From Fervidobacterium sp. (lineage in GTDB: Bacteria; Thermotogota; Thermotogae; Thermotogales; Fervidobacteriaceae), in NCBI GenBank assembly GCA_049970055.1, contig JBMFNR010000002.1, positions 212,406 to 276,405 on the forward strand: DNA of 64,000 bases. Direction: 5' to 3'. Of this stretch, positions 10,886-19,793 are shown piece by piece. Every line of letters begins with the position of its first letter. Position 1 is the stretch's first letter. The notes beneath the pieces were generated by a model. The model did no database searches, was not told the origin of the DNA, and saw nothing but the letters and a program-made list of their open reading frames with translations. A program made the translations under genes and the position numbers.

Positions 10886-10911
10886 AAAAGCCCGCCCACA
10901 GGCGGGCTTTT
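10886..10911 (-). terminator. Stem-loop after the binding-protein gene (partial terminator or mRNA stabiliser)
   Basis: AAAAGCCCGCC-CACA-GGCGGGCTTTT with a U-run on the minus strand, between oppA and oppB. Confidence 0.75.
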
Positions 10912-10922
10912 GATTCAAACTT

Positions 10923-12437
10923 TTACTTTTTTTCAAGTGTGTAATATCTGAAAATTTGTGTTGGTTCAAGTACAATTCCTGAAACGGTATTTTTCGCTTC
11001 ACAATCTGCGTATCCTTGCCACAACGGTATGTATGGTACATCTTTTGCCGATGCAGCTTGCACCAATTCGTAAAGCTTTGTTCTTTCCTTAATGTCTGTT
11101 GCAGCGCGTGCTTGCATCATTAAAGTTTCAACTTGCTTGTTTTCGTAGAAACTACCGAGTGACTCTCCACCGCTCTTACTCAAGAATGGCCATACGTAAT
11201 CATCTGGGTCAAGATAGTCTGGGTACCAACCGAGTAAGAACAATCCCATTGTTCCATTTAAGAAGTACTCAACATAAGTTGACCATTCGGCATACTTGAT
11301 ATTGATTTTTATTAATTTTGTTTCTTCCAACGATCTTTTGATCAGTTGAGCCACATCAGCTTCCGTCGAACCGTAGTGGCTTGGAGTGTACCACAGGTCT
11401 ATTGTTAATGGTTTTGACTCAGAGTACCCTGCTTTTTTAAGTATATCTACTGCTGCTTTCACATCTTTCTTCGGAAACACATCTTTGTGGCTCCACCACC
11501 CCATTGGTATAAGTGAATACAATGGTCTAGCAAGATCTTGGAAAACAGTCTTTGTTATTACTTCTCTATCAACAGCGTAAGCTAATGCTTGCCTTACCAA
11601 CACATTATCGAAAGGTTTTTGTTTTACATTAATCACCAGATACCTTATTTGCGGACTTGTCCCGAGATAAACTTTTATGCCAAGTTGATCTTGCATTTGC
11701 TTGAGATCGAGTATATCTCTTGGATCCATGTGCCTGTATGCAACATCAATTTGACCTGTTTCAAGTGCCATTCTAAGTTGTGCGGAATTTTCGAAGAATT
11801 GGATTATTATCTTTGGTGTTTTCGGAGCTGGTCCAAAGTATTTTGGATTCGCTTCTAAAACGATTTTAACATCCCTTTGCCATTCGGCAATTCTATATGG
11901 TCCAGATGCAGAAGGTGCACCATCTAAAAATTTATCTTCCGGCGTTGTCTTTGGATTCATCGGGAATGCAACGGTGTAACCAAGTACTGAGACAAATGCT
12001 GAGAACTTGTATTTCAGTTTTACTTTTAACGTATACTTGTCAACAACGTCGATTTTGTCGATGATATCGCCAAGTAAGAATGCTGGATCACCATTGAGTT
12101 TCATAACCCTTTCCCATGACCATTTGAAGACATTTGCATCGATTTCTGTACCATCCTCAAACTTAGCACCTTTTTTAATATAGAACGTGTACGTCAAGCC
12201 ATCTGCCGAAATAGTCCACTTTTCAAAAAGCCAAGGAATGATCTCGGAACTGCCTATCTTGTAGTCCACAGGGCCTGCTAAAACATTGAAAAGAATGTTG
12301 CTTGAGAAATAATCATAACAATTCGCTGGATCGAGCGTTCTAATCTTGTCTGTTGTACCGATAACTATGTAGTTTGCAGCGGCAAAAGACAAAACCATAA
12401 CGACCGCCAAAAAGACAAAAGTCAAAAACTTCCTCAT
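10923..12437 (-). CDS. oppA: Family 5 (Opp/Dpp) substrate-binding protein
   Basis: Signal peptide, TLDPA, KFEDG, GPY, VRQALAYAVDRE, GWYPDYLDPD. Confidence 0.9.
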   Translation of the reverse strand: MRKFLTFVFLAVVMVLSFAAANYIVIGTTDKIRTLDPANCYDYFSSNILFNVLAGPVDYKIGSSEIIPWLFEKWTISADGLTYTFYIKKGAKFEDGTEIDANVFKWSWERVMKLNGDPAFLLGDIIDKIDVVDKYTLKVKLKYKFSAFVSVLGYTVAFPMNPKTTPEDKFLDGAPSASGPYRIAEWQRDVKIVLEANPKYFGPAPKTPKIIIQFFENSAQLRMALETGQIDVAYRHMDPRDILDLKQMQDQLGIKVYLGTSPQIRYLVINVKQKPFDNVLVRQALAYAVDREVITKTVFQDLARPLYSLIPMGWWSHKDVFPKKDVKAAVDILKKAGYSESKPLTIDLWYTPSHYGSTEADVAQLIKRSLEETKLIKINIKYAEWSTYVEYFLNGTMGLFLLGWYPDYLDPDDYVWPFLSKSGGESLGSFYENKQVETLMMQARAATDIKERTKLYELVQAASAKDVPYIPLWQGYADCEAKNTVSGIVLEPTQIFRYYTLEKK

Positions 12438-12552
12438 ACCTATCCCTCCCTTTCTTTAAGGTTGACAAAATTATAGCAAAATAATGTTACAAAAAAAACA
12501 CAAAAAAAGAATGTAAAGTAACTCTCGTATGTACTATTTATTATTTGGTATG

Positions 12553-12584
12553 AAAAAGCAGGAGCTTTTACGCTCCTGCTTTTT
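12553..12584 (-). terminator. Intrinsic terminator downstream of the GH130 remnant
   Basis: AAAAAGCAGGAGC-TTTTAC-GCTCCTGCTTTTT. Confidence 0.8.
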
Positions 12585-12608
12585 AGGTTTTTTATTTTTC
12601 CGGATTTA

Positions 12609-12860
12609 TTATTTACACCATTCCATAACTTCTTCTTTACTTATTGTTGCGAGTGCAATATAATTATCTGGGGCTCCGTAGTAAATGTAAAATTGAGTAT
12701 TGTATTCTACCATAGCATCAATAAATACTACATTAGGTACACCGCCGAAAATCTCCCACTCCTCTTCTGATTCCAATATAGGTTCTTCGCTTCTTTTAAG
12801 TATCTTAGTTGGATCATTCAGATCAAGGAGCATGAATCCAAGTCTATAAATTGACCTTGG
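12609..12860 (-). pseudogene. C-terminal remnant of a GH130-type beta-propeller glycosidase/phosphorylase
   Basis: IYRLGFMLLDLNDPTKIL...WEIFGGVPNVVF...YIYYGAPD is the GH130 C-terminus; in-frame stop upstream and no N-terminal part. Confidence 0.75.
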
Positions 12861-13119
12861 TGCATCTTCAGCAACATGACTATGCCATGGCTAACCAGTG
12901 ACGTTGTTATTGCAACAGTTGTAGCATATGATGGATCAATTCTCCTAAATGCGGTATCGTACATATAAGTCAGAAAAGTTGAGGAAATAAACATACACAT
13001 CTTCGCCATAACTGTGGAAAGGAAAAGTAATTAGCTTCTCATCATCGGTACGAAATATGGTGTTTTGTTTCAATATTTCCTTACCACATTAATCTATTTA
13101 ATCTACTTTAGAATGTAAA

Positions 13120-13163
13120 AAAATCCTCCTTGGCATGCTGTCCGGGATACCAAGGAGGATTTT
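13120..13163 (-). terminator. Terminator of the CBM48-DOMON gene
   Basis: AAAATCCTCCTTGG...CCAAGGAGGATTTT with a U-tract on the minus strand. Confidence 0.75.
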
Positions 13164-13203
13164 CAAAATTTCAAGATTTCCAATGTTTTTTATCTTAATT
13201 ATA

Positions 13204-15192
13204 TTATTTTATTTTTACAGGAATAAGCTGCGCGTACGATTGTCCAGGAATGTAAGATCTTAATATTTCCTCCTGACTATAGCCTTCCGGAACGATAATA
13301 TCAAGAACAAAAGGTGCGTAATCTTTTGAATCACTTGGATAACCACCAAGTGTCCACTGAGTAGACTCGGGTGTAATGGGTCTTATGTGGTCGGTACCAT
13401 ATCCATCTTGACTTAACGATAGTATGTATGCGCTTATTCCAGATTTAATATCTAAGTACTTTTTGAAAATGATGATATTTATAACCTTATCTGCAGGATC
13501 TGCTTCGTATGTTATCGCTTCTGGTATTTCTTTTCCATCAGCTGTAGCGAAAACAATTCTATCATCCGGCCAACCTGCAACTTTTATGAAGTAATCCCAT
13601 GGTTCTTTGAAACTCACCCTGGCCCCTGGCTTGTACGTGTCTGTTTTACCACCGTCTTTTGTGTCAAGATAAATATTTATAAGTTGGTGTGAGAAGCCTT
13701 TTGGAGAAGCCCATGGGTTGGTCATTTCCGCAAACTTTATGCTGAAAACGTATGCCTCTTCGTTTTCAAGGACTGTAACTTCTGTTATATCAAACAATCC
13801 TTTGAACGGTGCAAATGCCGGATCTTTTGGATATGTATATTTTCCAAACCCGTAATCATCGCCAATTTTGTCGATGAGTTTTGCAACAACATTACCTGAT
13901 AACATAGTTGGTGTCTTGAGAACAAGCCCATCTTGCGGAAGGGCTTCGTCTTTTCCATCGATCGAGCACACTACAAACATGTTAAAAGATTCTCCGCTCT
14001 TTACACCAATTAAATCGTACGGTATTTCAAATTCCACTACATCATCGACGGCAGTTTTAAAAGCATTTGCTTGGAGAACCCAAGTATCGTCTCCAAGGGC
14101 GGCATAGAATGTTCCCCTTTTTCTTGTTAGCCATGTTTTCATATTGACTGTGAACCTGAATGAAACTGACTTAGCAAGTTTGGTACCATTAAAAGTTTTG
14201 TTATTGGAAGTGGTCATCTTTGGCGAATCTGTGTAGATTTCTATGAGCACGTTTTGACCAATGTATTCACTTGCCGCTTTTTCCAAAGTAACGGCCACGT
14301 ACAGTGCTGTTGAAGTTCTTGCTATGTAAGTTTCCTTTATGCTTGTTCCTTTAAAAACGGCTGTTGATTTCTCTTCATCGGAAAGTTTCCCATCGATCTG
14401 GTAAGAGACCGCTTTTACCACACTCTCTTTTGGTGGCTCTACCTTAGTTAGTTCTTCCTTTTTTACTCTTGGTGCTCCTACTTTGAGTTTCCCATCTTCT
14501 TTCCAGACTTCAAATATTCCATTTTTACCACCGAATCCATCATCTACGAAAGCTGGTGCATTTGGGTCAGCCACCCAATCTTTTCCATCCACAACAAATT
14601 TGTATTGGTAAACACCAGGTGTTAGTTCTAAGACCGCTTCCCACCAACCATCACCGGAACTGTAACATTCAGTATCGCTCATACTCCAGTTGTTGAATGA
14701 ACCGGCGATAAATACATATTTTGCATCCGGTTTGTAAAATTTAATAACGATGTATGTATTATCTTCGATCGATAAATTTTCCTGTCTTTCAGCATTTATT
14801 TCAACTTTTTCTTTTATCTGTGCAACTGGTTCAAGTATTATCAATTCCCCATTTTTGAGAGCTAATGTGAATACACCATTTTTACCACCGAATCCGTCAT
14901 CCGTGTACCCTGGTGCATCTGGGTCTTCTTTCCACACTTTACCACCGTCGATAACAAACTTGTACTGATAAGTTCCAGGTTTCAGTTCAAGTTCGGTAAC
15001 CCAGAGATCTCCTTCTTTTCTCATGGGATTTGCACTGGTCGACCAGTTATTAAACGTACCTGCAAGATGCACTGAACTTGCCTGAGGATAGTTGAACGTA
15101 AAGATAACTTTGTTACCTTCCACCTTCAATCCTGCTAGTGACAACACGGAAAACACCAGAACAAGTGCAACAATTAACCTTACCGTACGCAT
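13204..15192 (-). CDS. Secreted alpha-glucan-binding protein: 2x CBM48 (AMPK-beta type) plus glucodextranase DOMON-like C-terminus
   Basis: Signal peptide; two AG(T/S)FNNWS...PGxYQYKFVxDG...DPxAP modules; DDYGFGKYTYP...FDIT...NPW..P.GFS.Q...IYLD resembles amylopullulanase/glucodextranase C-terminal domains. Confidence 0.8.
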   Translation of the reverse strand: MRTVRLIVALVLVFSVLSLAGLKVEGNKVIFTFNYPQASSVHLAGTFNNWSTSANPMRKEGDLWVTELELKPGTYQYKFVIDGGKVWKEDPDAPGYTDDGFGGKNGVFTLALKNGELIILEPVAQIKEKVEINAERQENLSIEDNTYIVIKFYKPDAKYVFIAGSFNNWSMSDTECYSSGDGWWEAVLELTPGVYQYKFVVDGKDWVADPNAPAFVDDGFGGKNGIFEVWKEDGKLKVGAPRVKKEELTKVEPPKESVVKAVSYQIDGKLSDEEKSTAVFKGTSIKETYIARTSTALYVAVTLEKAASEYIGQNVLIEIYTDSPKMTTSNNKTFNGTKLAKSVSFRFTVNMKTWLTRKRGTFYAALGDDTWVLQANAFKTAVDDVVEFEIPYDLIGVKSGESFNMFVVCSIDGKDEALPQDGLVLKTPTMLSGNVVAKLIDKIGDDYGFGKYTYPKDPAFAPFKGLFDITEVTVLENEEAYVFSIKFAEMTNPWASPKGFSHQLINIYLDTKDGGKTDTYKPGARVSFKEPWDYFIKVAGWPDDRIVFATADGKEIPEAITYEADPADKVINIIIFKKYLDIKSGISAYILSLSQDGYGTDHIRPITPESTQWTLGGYPSDSKDYAPFVLDIIVPEGYSQEEILRSYIPGQSYAQLIPVKIK

Positions 15193-15210
15193 GTTTTTAC
15201 CCCCTTTCGG

Positions 15211-15242
15211 TATGTTATGCATATATTATGTTATGCATATAT
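15211..15242. repeat. Perfect 16-bp tandem duplication
   Basis: TATGTTATGCATATAT twice (15211-15226, 15227-15242). Confidence 0.95.
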
Positions 15243-15288
15243 ATTTTCTCATAATTTTCTTAACTGGTAACATACTTGTGGAAATGTT

Positions 15289-16219
15289 TCAAAGGGTGCT
15301 TTCAATTTCTTTTATAACTTTCTTGATAACATTTCGTGATTTGAGGTAATTTTGCTGTTCAGTTTCGGTTAAGTCTAATTTTATTATCTTCTCGATACCA
15401 TCTTTCCCAACAACAGCTGGATAACCTATATATATTTCATCGACTAAAACAGATGGGGTCCAAACACGTTTTTCGTTTTTCCACATACTGCTAACAAATT
15501 GAGCAGTTACCGCACCAATTGCAAGATTAGTTGCACCTTTGCGTTCAATAATTTCATACGCCGCTTTTCTTACATTTTCTTCTATGACTTGTAAGTTTAG
15601 ACATATATTCTCACCAACTTTCACTTCACATTGCTTGCAGTAATCAAGTAATTTTAGCCCACCGATTGTTGCATTTGAAAATGGCACAAATTCACTATCC
15701 CCGTGCTCTCCAATAACATATGCATGAATACTTGCGGGAGAGATGCCAACCTGTTTTGACAACAAAACTCTCAACCTTGCTGTATCGAGTGTAGTACCTG
15801 TACCAATAACTCTTTTGCTTGGAAGTTTAGTGAACTTCCAAAGAAAATACGTTAGTACATCCAACAGGGTTCGTCACGTTAATAATAATACTATTTGGTG
15901 AATATTCGATAATTTCCTTAGCAATTGACTGCATAATTTTCACATTATCACTTATTAGTTCCAACCGTGATTCGCCGGGTTTTTGTGCTCTTCCAGCAGT
16001 GACAATGATGAAGTCGCTATTTGAGATATCGTACATGTTTCCGCTCTTAACATCACATGTTTTGAACATCGATGTCGCATGTAACAAATCGAGAGCTTCA
16101 CCTTCAGCCCTCTTCTTGTCGATGTCTAAAAGTACCAATTCATCAACCAAACCTGTATGCAAAAGTGAGAACGCTATACTCACTCCAACTCTGCCTGCCC
16201 CATAGATAGATACCTTCAT
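15289..16219 (-). pseudogene. ldh: L-lactate dehydrogenase split by a 1-bp frameshift (or sequencing error)
   Basis: GAGRVG, AQKPGESRLEL, then VTNPV continues as DVLTY in another frame; second ORF carries GTTLDTARLR and GEHGDSE. Confidence 0.85.
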
Positions 16220-16607
16220 ATGCCACACTCCTTATTTAATTAGTTTAAAATAAGTCTATCGCAATTATATCACAGAATTCATTGTTTTCAAAGTCCAAAA
16301 TGATGCAGGTACACTCAGATTCTGTATATATGCAATATAAAATCACATCTTTACTAAGTAATTTTTTTGTCGAAAGAAAGTCCATATTCACGGCAAGTAA
16401 GTTTAAAATGCCGTTTTTAAAGATACCGCTGTACCGATATTTTGATCGATATTCTTAATGTATGAAAAACTGAATATCTAATTGCATTTCTTTCACATTT
16501 AATATGTTATGAGAAATTAGGTATGCACTAATTACACGAAAGATTATTTGCAAGCGTAAAGAAGCGGTGGATGTAACTTAATTTTTTCTATTCTTTACAG
16601 TATGTTA

Positions 16608-16625
16608 TTGTGAAATTATTCACTA
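16608..16625. promoter_or_regulatory. Rex-like operator 1
   Basis: TTGTGAA-ATTA-TTCACTA versus Rex consensus TTGTGAANNNNTTCACAA. Confidence 0.75.
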
Positions 16626-16660
16626 TTTAACATTTCTCCCATAAGCCTGCTATATAATAA

Positions 16661-16678
16661 TTGTGAAACTTATCACAA
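16661..16678. promoter_or_regulatory. Rex-like operator 2
   Basis: TTGTGAA-ACTT-ATCACAA just downstream of the -10-like TATATAAT. Confidence 0.75.
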
Positions 16679-16701
16679 TACAATTCGAAGGAGGGAGAAG
16701 T

Positions 16702-17910
16702 ATGTGGGAAAAGAAGGTAAACATTTACAACGTTTTTGAACTTAGGTGTAAGACAACGTGTTACTTTGGAGTTGGGGCAATTGACAAGATAAATGACATA
16801 GCCGATTGGCTAGTAAGAACCAGTAAAAGCAAAGTTATTGTTGTAACTGATCCAGTTGCGTACAAAGTTACAGGTGCATGGGAAAAAGTACAAAATGCTT
16901 TTAAGAAAAGAGGTATAGAATATATATTGTATGACAAAGTTTTGCCTAATCCGACAACAGACCAGATAGATGAAGCAACGAAAATCGGAAAAGACTTTGG
17001 TGCACAAGCGGTGGTTGGCATTGGAGGTGGAAGCCCGATAGATGCAGCCAAAAGCGTTGCTATATTGCTTGAATACACAGACAAAACAGGCGTTCAACTG
17101 TACGAAGGTGAATTTGTTCCCGAAAGGGCAAAGCCAATAATAGCAATAAACACAACACATGGCACGGGTACCGAGGTAGATAGGTTTGCTGTTGCAACAA
17201 TTCTGGAAAAGGAATATAAGCCTGCTATAGCTTACAACTGTATTTATCCAACATTTTCTGTAGATGATCCGCAATTGATGGTAACATTACCCCACAAACA
17301 AACACTTTATACAAGTATTGATGCACTAAATCATATTACGGAAGCTGCAACAACCCTTGCAAGAAACCCTTATTCTATATTACTTGCGAGAGAAACGGTT
17401 AGGCTAATTGCTACTTACTTACCTCAAGCACTTAGCAATCCCAATGATTTAAATGCGAGATATTACCTGCTTTATGCCTCCGCAATAGCAGGTATATCTT
17501 TTGACAACGGGCTTTTGCATTTCACACACGCGTTAGAACATCCATTAAGCGCTGTGAAACCTGATCTTGCCCACGGACTAGGTCTCGCGATGCTTTTACC
17601 AGCTGTTGTCAAAGAGATATACCCATCGACTGCCGAGATACTTGCTTCAATTTATGAACCGATAGTGTCTGGTTTGAAAGGAATTCCTGCAGAGGCAGAC
17701 AAGATAGCTAAAGGTATAGAAGATTGGCTATTTTCTATGGGTGTAACTCAGAAGCTTGAAGATGAAGGATTTAAAGAAAGTGACGTCGAAAAGCTTACAA
17801 ACCTTGCTTTGACAACACCTTCACTTGGCTTGCTTTTAAGTGTGGCACCGATAAAGGCTGAAAAAGAGGTAATAGAGAGAATTTACAGAAATTCATTGAA
17901 AAGAATATAA
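16702..17910 (+). CDS. Iron-containing alcohol dehydrogenase
   Basis: GIGGGSPIDAAK, TTHGTGTE, DALNHITE, HALEH, HGLG; AAGGAGG SD before MWEKK. Confidence 0.95.
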   Translation: MWEKKVNIYNVFELRCKTTCYFGVGAIDKINDIADWLVRTSKSKVIVVTDPVAYKVTGAWEKVQNAFKKRGIEYILYDKVLPNPTTDQIDEATKIGKDFGAQAVVGIGGGSPIDAAKSVAILLEYTDKTGVQLYEGEFVPERAKPIIAINTTHGTGTEVDRFAVATILEKEYKPAIAYNCIYPTFSVDDPQLMVTLPHKQTLYTSIDALNHITEAATTLARNPYSILLARETVRLIATYLPQALSNPNDLNARYYLLYASAIAGISFDNGLLHFTHALEHPLSAVKPDLAHGLGLAMLLPAVVKEIYPSTAEILASIYEPIVSGLKGIPAEADKIAKGIEDWLFSMGVTQKLEDEGFKESDVEKLTNLALTTPSLGLLLSVAPIKAEKEVIERIYRNSLKRI

Positions 17911-17942
17911 TTTTTGAAATTTTTGGGTTATATGAACATTCT

Positions 17943-17976
17943 AAAGGCTATGCATTTTTGCATAGCCTTTTTTGTT
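17943..17976 (+). terminator. Intrinsic terminator after adh
   Basis: AAAGGCTATGCA-TTTT-TGCATAGCCTTT followed by a T-run. Confidence 0.85.
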
Positions 17977-18012
17977 GAAAATGGTGGTATAATATGAAGC
18001 AGGGGTGGTAGA

Positions 18013-18471
18013 ATGCTTGGAAAGGCTTTGGTAATTTGTGTTTCAAAGCATAGGGGTAATACGCTGAAAATAGCTAAAGAGATTGCGAATGTACTAGAAT
18101 GTGAGGTTAAAAGACCAGATGAGGTTGACTTGAAAACACTGACCAGTTATGATGTGCTAGGACTTGGTTCTGGCATTTACGCGTTTGGTATGGATAGAGC
18201 CTTGAAAAAAATAATTAAAAGATTTAAAGATGGTCAGAGGAAAAAGGTTTTTATTTTTTCAACATCAGCAGATCTAAATGGTTATAGATACCATAAGGGT
18301 TTGAAAAAACTTTTGGAGAAAAGAAGTTTTGATATCATTGGTGAATTCAATTGCCCGGGAGCTTACTTTGGTTGGTTTTTTGGAAAAAAGGGTGGAGTTA
18401 ATCCGGATAGACCTAACGATGATGATTTGAAAAGAGCAAGAGAGTTCGCTGAAGGTTTGAAACAGAAATGA
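18013..18471 (+). CDS. Flavodoxin family protein
   Basis: SKHRGNTLKIA FMN phosphate loop, GSGIY, FSTS, EFNCPG, A..FA C-terminal helix. Confidence 0.8.
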   Translation: MLGKALVICVSKHRGNTLKIAKEIANVLECEVKRPDEVDLKTLTSYDVLGLGSGIYAFGMDRALKKIIKRFKDGQRKKVFIFSTSADLNGYRYHKGLKKLLEKRSFDIIGEFNCPGAYFGWFFGKKGGVNPDRPNDDDLKRAREFAEGLKQK

Positions 18472-18484
18472 GAGGGGGGAATGT

Positions 18485-18781
18485 ATGACCTACCATGAAC
18501 CTTACGAGGAATTGTCAGACTTTGATCGTGATTTAACAAGGCTGTTAAGAAGTTTGATCGAAGAACTCGAGGCGATTGATTGGTACCATCAAAGAATGGT
18601 TGTAACAAAGGATCCAGAGGTTAGAAATCTGATAAAACACAACCGAGATGAGGAAATGGAACACGCAGCCATGATACTTGAAGTAATTAGAAGACGTATT
18701 CCTGAATTTGATAAAGTTCTCAGAGAATATCTTTTTACAGATGGAACTGTAACAGAAGTGGAAAAAGAAAGGAAAAGATGA
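18485..18781 (+). CDS. Encapsulin-cargo type ferritin-like protein (EncFtn/Flp) lacking a targeting peptide
   Basis: YHEP...SLIEELEAIDWYHQR...HNRDEEMEHAAM...YLFT is the EncFtn core. Confidence 0.9.
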   Translation: MTYHEPYEELSDFDRDLTRLLRSLIEELEAIDWYHQRMVVTKDPEVRNLIKHNRDEEMEHAAMILEVIRRRIPEFDKVLREYLFTDGTVTEVEKERKR

Positions 18782-18785
18782 TTTC

Positions 18786-19793
18786 GTGCCAGAAATTCGA
18801 TACTTAGTGATTGCTTTAGTAATTATTTTTCTAATCATTTCTGAGATTAGTTTAGCCTGGTGGGGGCATGATATCTTTACATTCCTTGTTGTGACTTCGA
18901 TACCAGGTTTTGACTATAATAAGTACGCTGAGTTACGAGAATATAACTATGTAGAAAAAAGAAATTACAAGAGTGGAAAGTACTCGACTGAAGAATTGTT
19001 GCTGAATAAAAAAGGTGAATTGCGTGTCCCAGATGAATTATCTTCCAGCGTACACTTAAAGACTATTAGTGGCATATCCATTCCTGTGTGGATGATTTTA
19101 ACAGAGTATGTTACCTTTCCAGATAACGGGATGGATATGGTGCCAGGAGCTATGCCTATAGAGCTTTTTATTGGAGAAACGCAAGCAAATAGGCATGGAT
19201 ATGTAAAGATTCAGGCTTTTGAATTTTTTGAGGGTAATAAATCCTTTGTGCATTTTATGGATTTATCACGTCAAGCCTTTTTGAGGAAAGACTTCTATTG
19301 GGGATATCGTTTCTTTGCTTACAGTTTGCATTATCTGGAGGACTTGATGCAGCCTTACCACGTGAGGCCTGGAACTGTTCCCGAAATGATAGTTGCGGTC
19401 TTTGATAAGAACACAAGAAAGATGTTGACGAATGCTCATGAATTATACGACATGTATTTAGAATATTTGATGCTTTTTTCAAAAAACAAACATGATTTAT
19501 TAAGAGTGATAAGGGAAACGAAACCTATAATAATGAATGTTCCAGATGATAGGTTAATTTACGAAGCTATCGTTTATTCTTATTCAAATTTTTTCAAGGT
19601 ACATAACGAGATCAAAAAAATTTTTGGCAGTAGATTGTATGAAAGCGTTTCAATGAAAGATTTTGTGGATAAAGAAAACAGCAGAGAGCTTGATAATTTA
19701 TACGAAATCACCTGCGGTATCGTTCAAACGATGGCAGGAGTTATCAAAGGTTTGATTCTGAAAATTGAAAATACTATGGGAGGTATTGATTAA
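18786..19793 (+). CDS. Secreted Zn-dependent phospholipase C / P1-nuclease fold protein
   Basis: Signal peptide ending SLA|WWGH, HYLEDLMQPYH and HELYD zinc-ligand pattern. Confidence 0.7.
   Translation: MPEIRYLVIALVIIFLIISEISLAWWGHDIFTFLVVTSIPGFDYNKYAELREYNYVEKRNYKSGKYSTEELLLNKKGELRVPDELSSSVHLKTISGISIPVWMILTEYVTFPDNGMDMVPGAMPIELFIGETQANRHGYVKIQAFEFFEGNKSFVHFMDLSRQAFLRKDFYWGYRFFAYSLHYLEDLMQPYHVRPGTVPEMIVAVFDKNTRKMLTNAHELYDMYLEYLMLFSKNKHDLLRVIRETKPIIMNVPDDRLIYEAIVYSYSNFFKVHNEIKKIFGSRLYESVSMKDFVDKENSRELDNLYEITCGIVQTMAGVIKGLILKIENTMGGID

Noticed and set aside
12818..13009. 63-aa ORF upstream of the GH130 fragment as its frameshifted N-terminus
   Set aside because: No GH130-like motifs; treated as scar sequence
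16500..16610. Further TATGTTAT copies in the ldh-adh spacer
   Set aside because: Short AT-rich word that could arise by chance in this composition
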